Positions 23,544 through 25,309 of a DNA stretch of 25,309 nt are shown one piece after another. Each line of letters starts with the position of its first letter. Within the stretch, counting starts at the first letter, position 1. Under the pieces are notes generated by a model. It was not told the DNA's origin, ran no database searches, and worked only from the letters and a program-made list of their open reading frames with translations. The stretch comes from a virus (Duplodnaviria; Heunggongvirae; Uroviricota; Caudoviricetes), in the IMG/VR virus record IMGVR_UViG_3300041405_000148, positions 1-25,309 of that record; one strand, written 5' to 3'. Made by a program: the position numbers and the translations under genes.

Positions 23544-23581
23544 TAAAAAGAAAGGGAGATAGCCCTAAGACTATCTCCCTT
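23544..23581 (-). terminator. Intrinsic terminator after major capsid gene
   Basis: aagggagatag-(8 nt)-ctatctccctt 11-bp stem followed by TCTTTTT on the minus strand. Confidence 0.85.
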
Positions 23582-23602
23582 ATAAACTTTAGTTAGGCAC
23601 TA

Positions 23603-24616
23603 TTAAGGAGTTACACCTTGGATAGCAGATCTAACAACCAGTTCTGGACGAGTGTTCACTGCCAGCAGAGAGAACTCAGTTTCAATGTGTGCAGTACGAT
23701 GATCTTGCAGCATGTACATGTAGAACTCTTGTGCAACTTGGTTAGCAGCATCAAGACTGTCAGCAGGTGCATAGAATGCCTGGAACATATTCGTCACGCC
23801 AGTAGGCAGGAAGTATGCTTCATTTGCAGGAACAGTACCTGATTTGTCTTCGATATAAAGAACACCGTTGAATTCCCAAGAACGTGAGTCAGCGTTTCCA
23901 CCGATACGGTCACGAAGTGGGTTATTCAGTCCTGCAATACCTTGGTATGCAGCACGGGTGAAGTTGTTGCTTACCAGAGCCTGGAAGTAACGACGACCAC
24001 AAATTGCAACAACATCAGTAAAGTTAGTGCCAGTACCTTTGTTATCGATAATGTGACCACGAATACGCTGTTCTACAACGTCAATTGGGTTATCAGTTGT
24101 GGAAGTGAAGTCAATTTCAACGAATTCCTGGGTCTGACCCCAAACCTGGTAGTAGTCATAATGCTCATCAGCATTGTCAGCAGTGATACCTGCATAACTA
24201 CGGCCCATTACAGCTTCAGTAAAGATACGCTCTTTAGTTGTAGCTTCTGCTTCACGGATCTGGCGAAGTTTGTTCTGAATTGCAGTCTGAACAGTCAGAG
24301 GTGCATCAGTACCAAGTTCCAGAAGAGAGGTGAAGTTCTGAATATCTACAGCTTTCATGTTGGCATCAACAGGGAAGAATGGAACAATCAGAGCTTTTTC
24401 GCTTGGACGGTTTCCACCAATCCAGTTACGTTCACCTTGACGCTGACGCGCCTCGATCAGTACTTCCTGATCAACCTGACGCTGTACGCGAACAGTAGTA
24501 GATGTATCGTAGTTAATGTCGAACAGGTTCAGACTTTCGATAACACCTTCACGACGAGTCGTGATATCAATCAGTGGAGACAGATCGTAAAATTGATCGT
24601 CTAAATAACGTGGCAT
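23603..24616 (-). CDS. Major capsid protein (lambda gpE-like family, phi92/rV5-type), 337 aa
   Basis: ARQRQGERNWIG, PFFPVD, MFQAFYAPAD..AN..AQE and VNTRPELVVR motifs; codon usage looks strongly biased. Confidence 0.95.
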   Translation of the reverse strand: MPRYLDDQFYDLSPLIDITTRREGVIESLNLFDINYDTSTTVRVQRQVDQEVLIEARQRQGERNWIGGNRPSEKALIVPFFPVDANMKAVDIQNFTSLLELGTDAPLTVQTAIQNKLRQIREAEATTKERIFTEAVMGRSYAGITADNADEHYDYYQVWGQTQEFVEIDFTSTTDNPIDVVEQRIRGHIIDNKGTGTNFTDVVAICGRRYFQALVSNNFTRAAYQGIAGLNNPLRDRIGGNADSRSWEFNGVLYIEDKSGTVPANEAYFLPTGVTNMFQAFYAPADSLDAANQVAQEFYMYMLQDHRTAHIETEFSLLAVNTRPELVVRSAIQGVTP

Positions 24617-24632
24617 TTAATTTCCCTCTAAA

Positions 24633-25046
24633 TTAAGTTGTACGAATAAAAGGTTTAAGGACTTTATCAGTCAGCTTCAGACCTTTCTCATCAAGTGCTG
24701 CGACTCCGGCATCATCGATAGCGTTACCGTTAGAGTAGAACACTTTATCGCGGTCGAGGGTTACATCACGTTTTGCAACAACAGCTTTGAATTCCTGACC
24801 TACTGGAATATTTTCAAAACCGAAAGCTGCTTCATCAGTCCAGACAAAAATTGTATCTGCTGCACCAGCATTAGCTGCTTCAGTGCCGTCAGTTGCAATA
24901 ACAGACCCAAGCTGAAGTGTGTCAGTTTTAGTCAGAGTAACTTCACGGAACGCATGTCCGATATCGCTACCCATTACATAACCAAGGACAACATCAGAGA
25001 ATTTGTACTGATAAGTCCAAGTTGGTGTAAAAGCTTGTTTTGGCAT
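24633..25046 (-). CDS. Head decoration/stabilisation protein (137 aa)
   Basis: Small Ala/Val-rich gene directly upstream of the gpE-like MCP; CAGGAG RBS. Confidence 0.82.
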   Translation of the reverse strand: MPKQAFTPTWTYQYKFSDVVLGYVMGSDIGHAFREVTLTKTDTLQLGSVIATDGTEAANAGAADTIFVWTDEAAFGFENIPVGQEFKAVVAKRDVTLDRDKVFYSNGNAIDDAGVAALDEKGLKLTDKVLKPFIRTT

Positions 25047-25063
25047 TTTATGCTCCTGTTAAA

Positions 25064-25309
25064 TTATTTCTTAGCCCAGCTTGCAGCGATATCAGAAACT
25101 TTACTGATAGCATCCCTAGCTCCAGTCTTAACCTCTACGCCTTTTTCTTCGGCAAATTCGGCTTTAACTTTTTCAATTTCACTGAAAGCTTTATTTAGAG
25201 CTTCTACAAAGATAAAAGAATCTTCTGGAGACTTAATCAGTGCCTTAACAAGCTCACCAACTTTTTCATCTTCAATGAAACCAAAACCTTTTACAAGGTC
25301 AGTGTAAGT
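25064..25309 (-). CDS. C-terminal 81 aa of a probable scaffold protein (5' end outside the window)
   Basis: Open frame read by hand: TYTDLVKGFGFIEDEKVGELVKALIKS...DIAASWAKK*. It is Glu/Lys-rich, helical and precedes decoration + MCP. Confidence 0.72.
   Translation of the reverse strand, partial: TYTDLVKGFGFIEDEKVGELVKALIKSPEDSFIFVEALNKAFSEIEKVKAEFAEEKGVEVKTGARDAISKVSDIAASWAKK

Noticed and set aside
23590-23610. Read-through or frameshift extension of the capsid protein
   Set aside because: Tandem stops TAA TAG are followed by a strong terminator, and there is no slippery site.
23942-24604. 220-aa plus-strand ORF opposite the major capsid gene
   Set aside because: Shadow ORF expected from the biased codon usage of a highly expressed gene; no RBS or motif.
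1327-25307. Other short plus-strand ORFs (e.g. 2227-2544, 6980-7387, 17785-18129, 19943-20323, 24954-25307)
   Set aside because: All are antisense to clear structural genes, with no convincing RBS or protein-like features.

Overview
AT-rich bacteriophage DNA with no bacterial chromosomal genes. Positions 1344-25309 (minus strand) form one contiguous late structural module of a contractile-tailed phage. In transcription order it encodes: scaffold C-terminus, head decoration, major capsid, neck genes, sheath, tube, tail chaperone with a -1 programmed frameshift, tape measure, baseplate, and a receptor-binding block. Gene order and the capsid and spike sequences resemble the phi92/rV5/PVP-SE1-type enterobacterial myoviruses (recognition from memory, not a database search). 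The module converges at a bidirectional terminator (~1316-1337) on two plus-strand genes: a small membrane protein and an SSB-like protein ending in a host-SSB-like tail (DWDDTIPF). The most interesting part is the receptor-binding block (1344-10561). It holds a short tail fibre with its chaperone, a tailspike whose body resembles the Erwinia/Pantoea EPS-locus proteins AmsF/WceF (suggesting an Erwiniaceae host), and a mosaic collagen fibre. That fibre has a tailspike docking head, four repeated knob modules, a module typical of Gram-positive phages and four tandem T4-foldon-like repeats. It is followed by a chaperone-like gene and an RCC1-like beta-propeller that may be a tip adhesin. I saw no tRNA, CRISPR, integrase, transposase, reverse transcriptase or endolysin gene. 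I cannot demonstrate a wholly new system; the best candidate is this putative branched adhesion apparatus.
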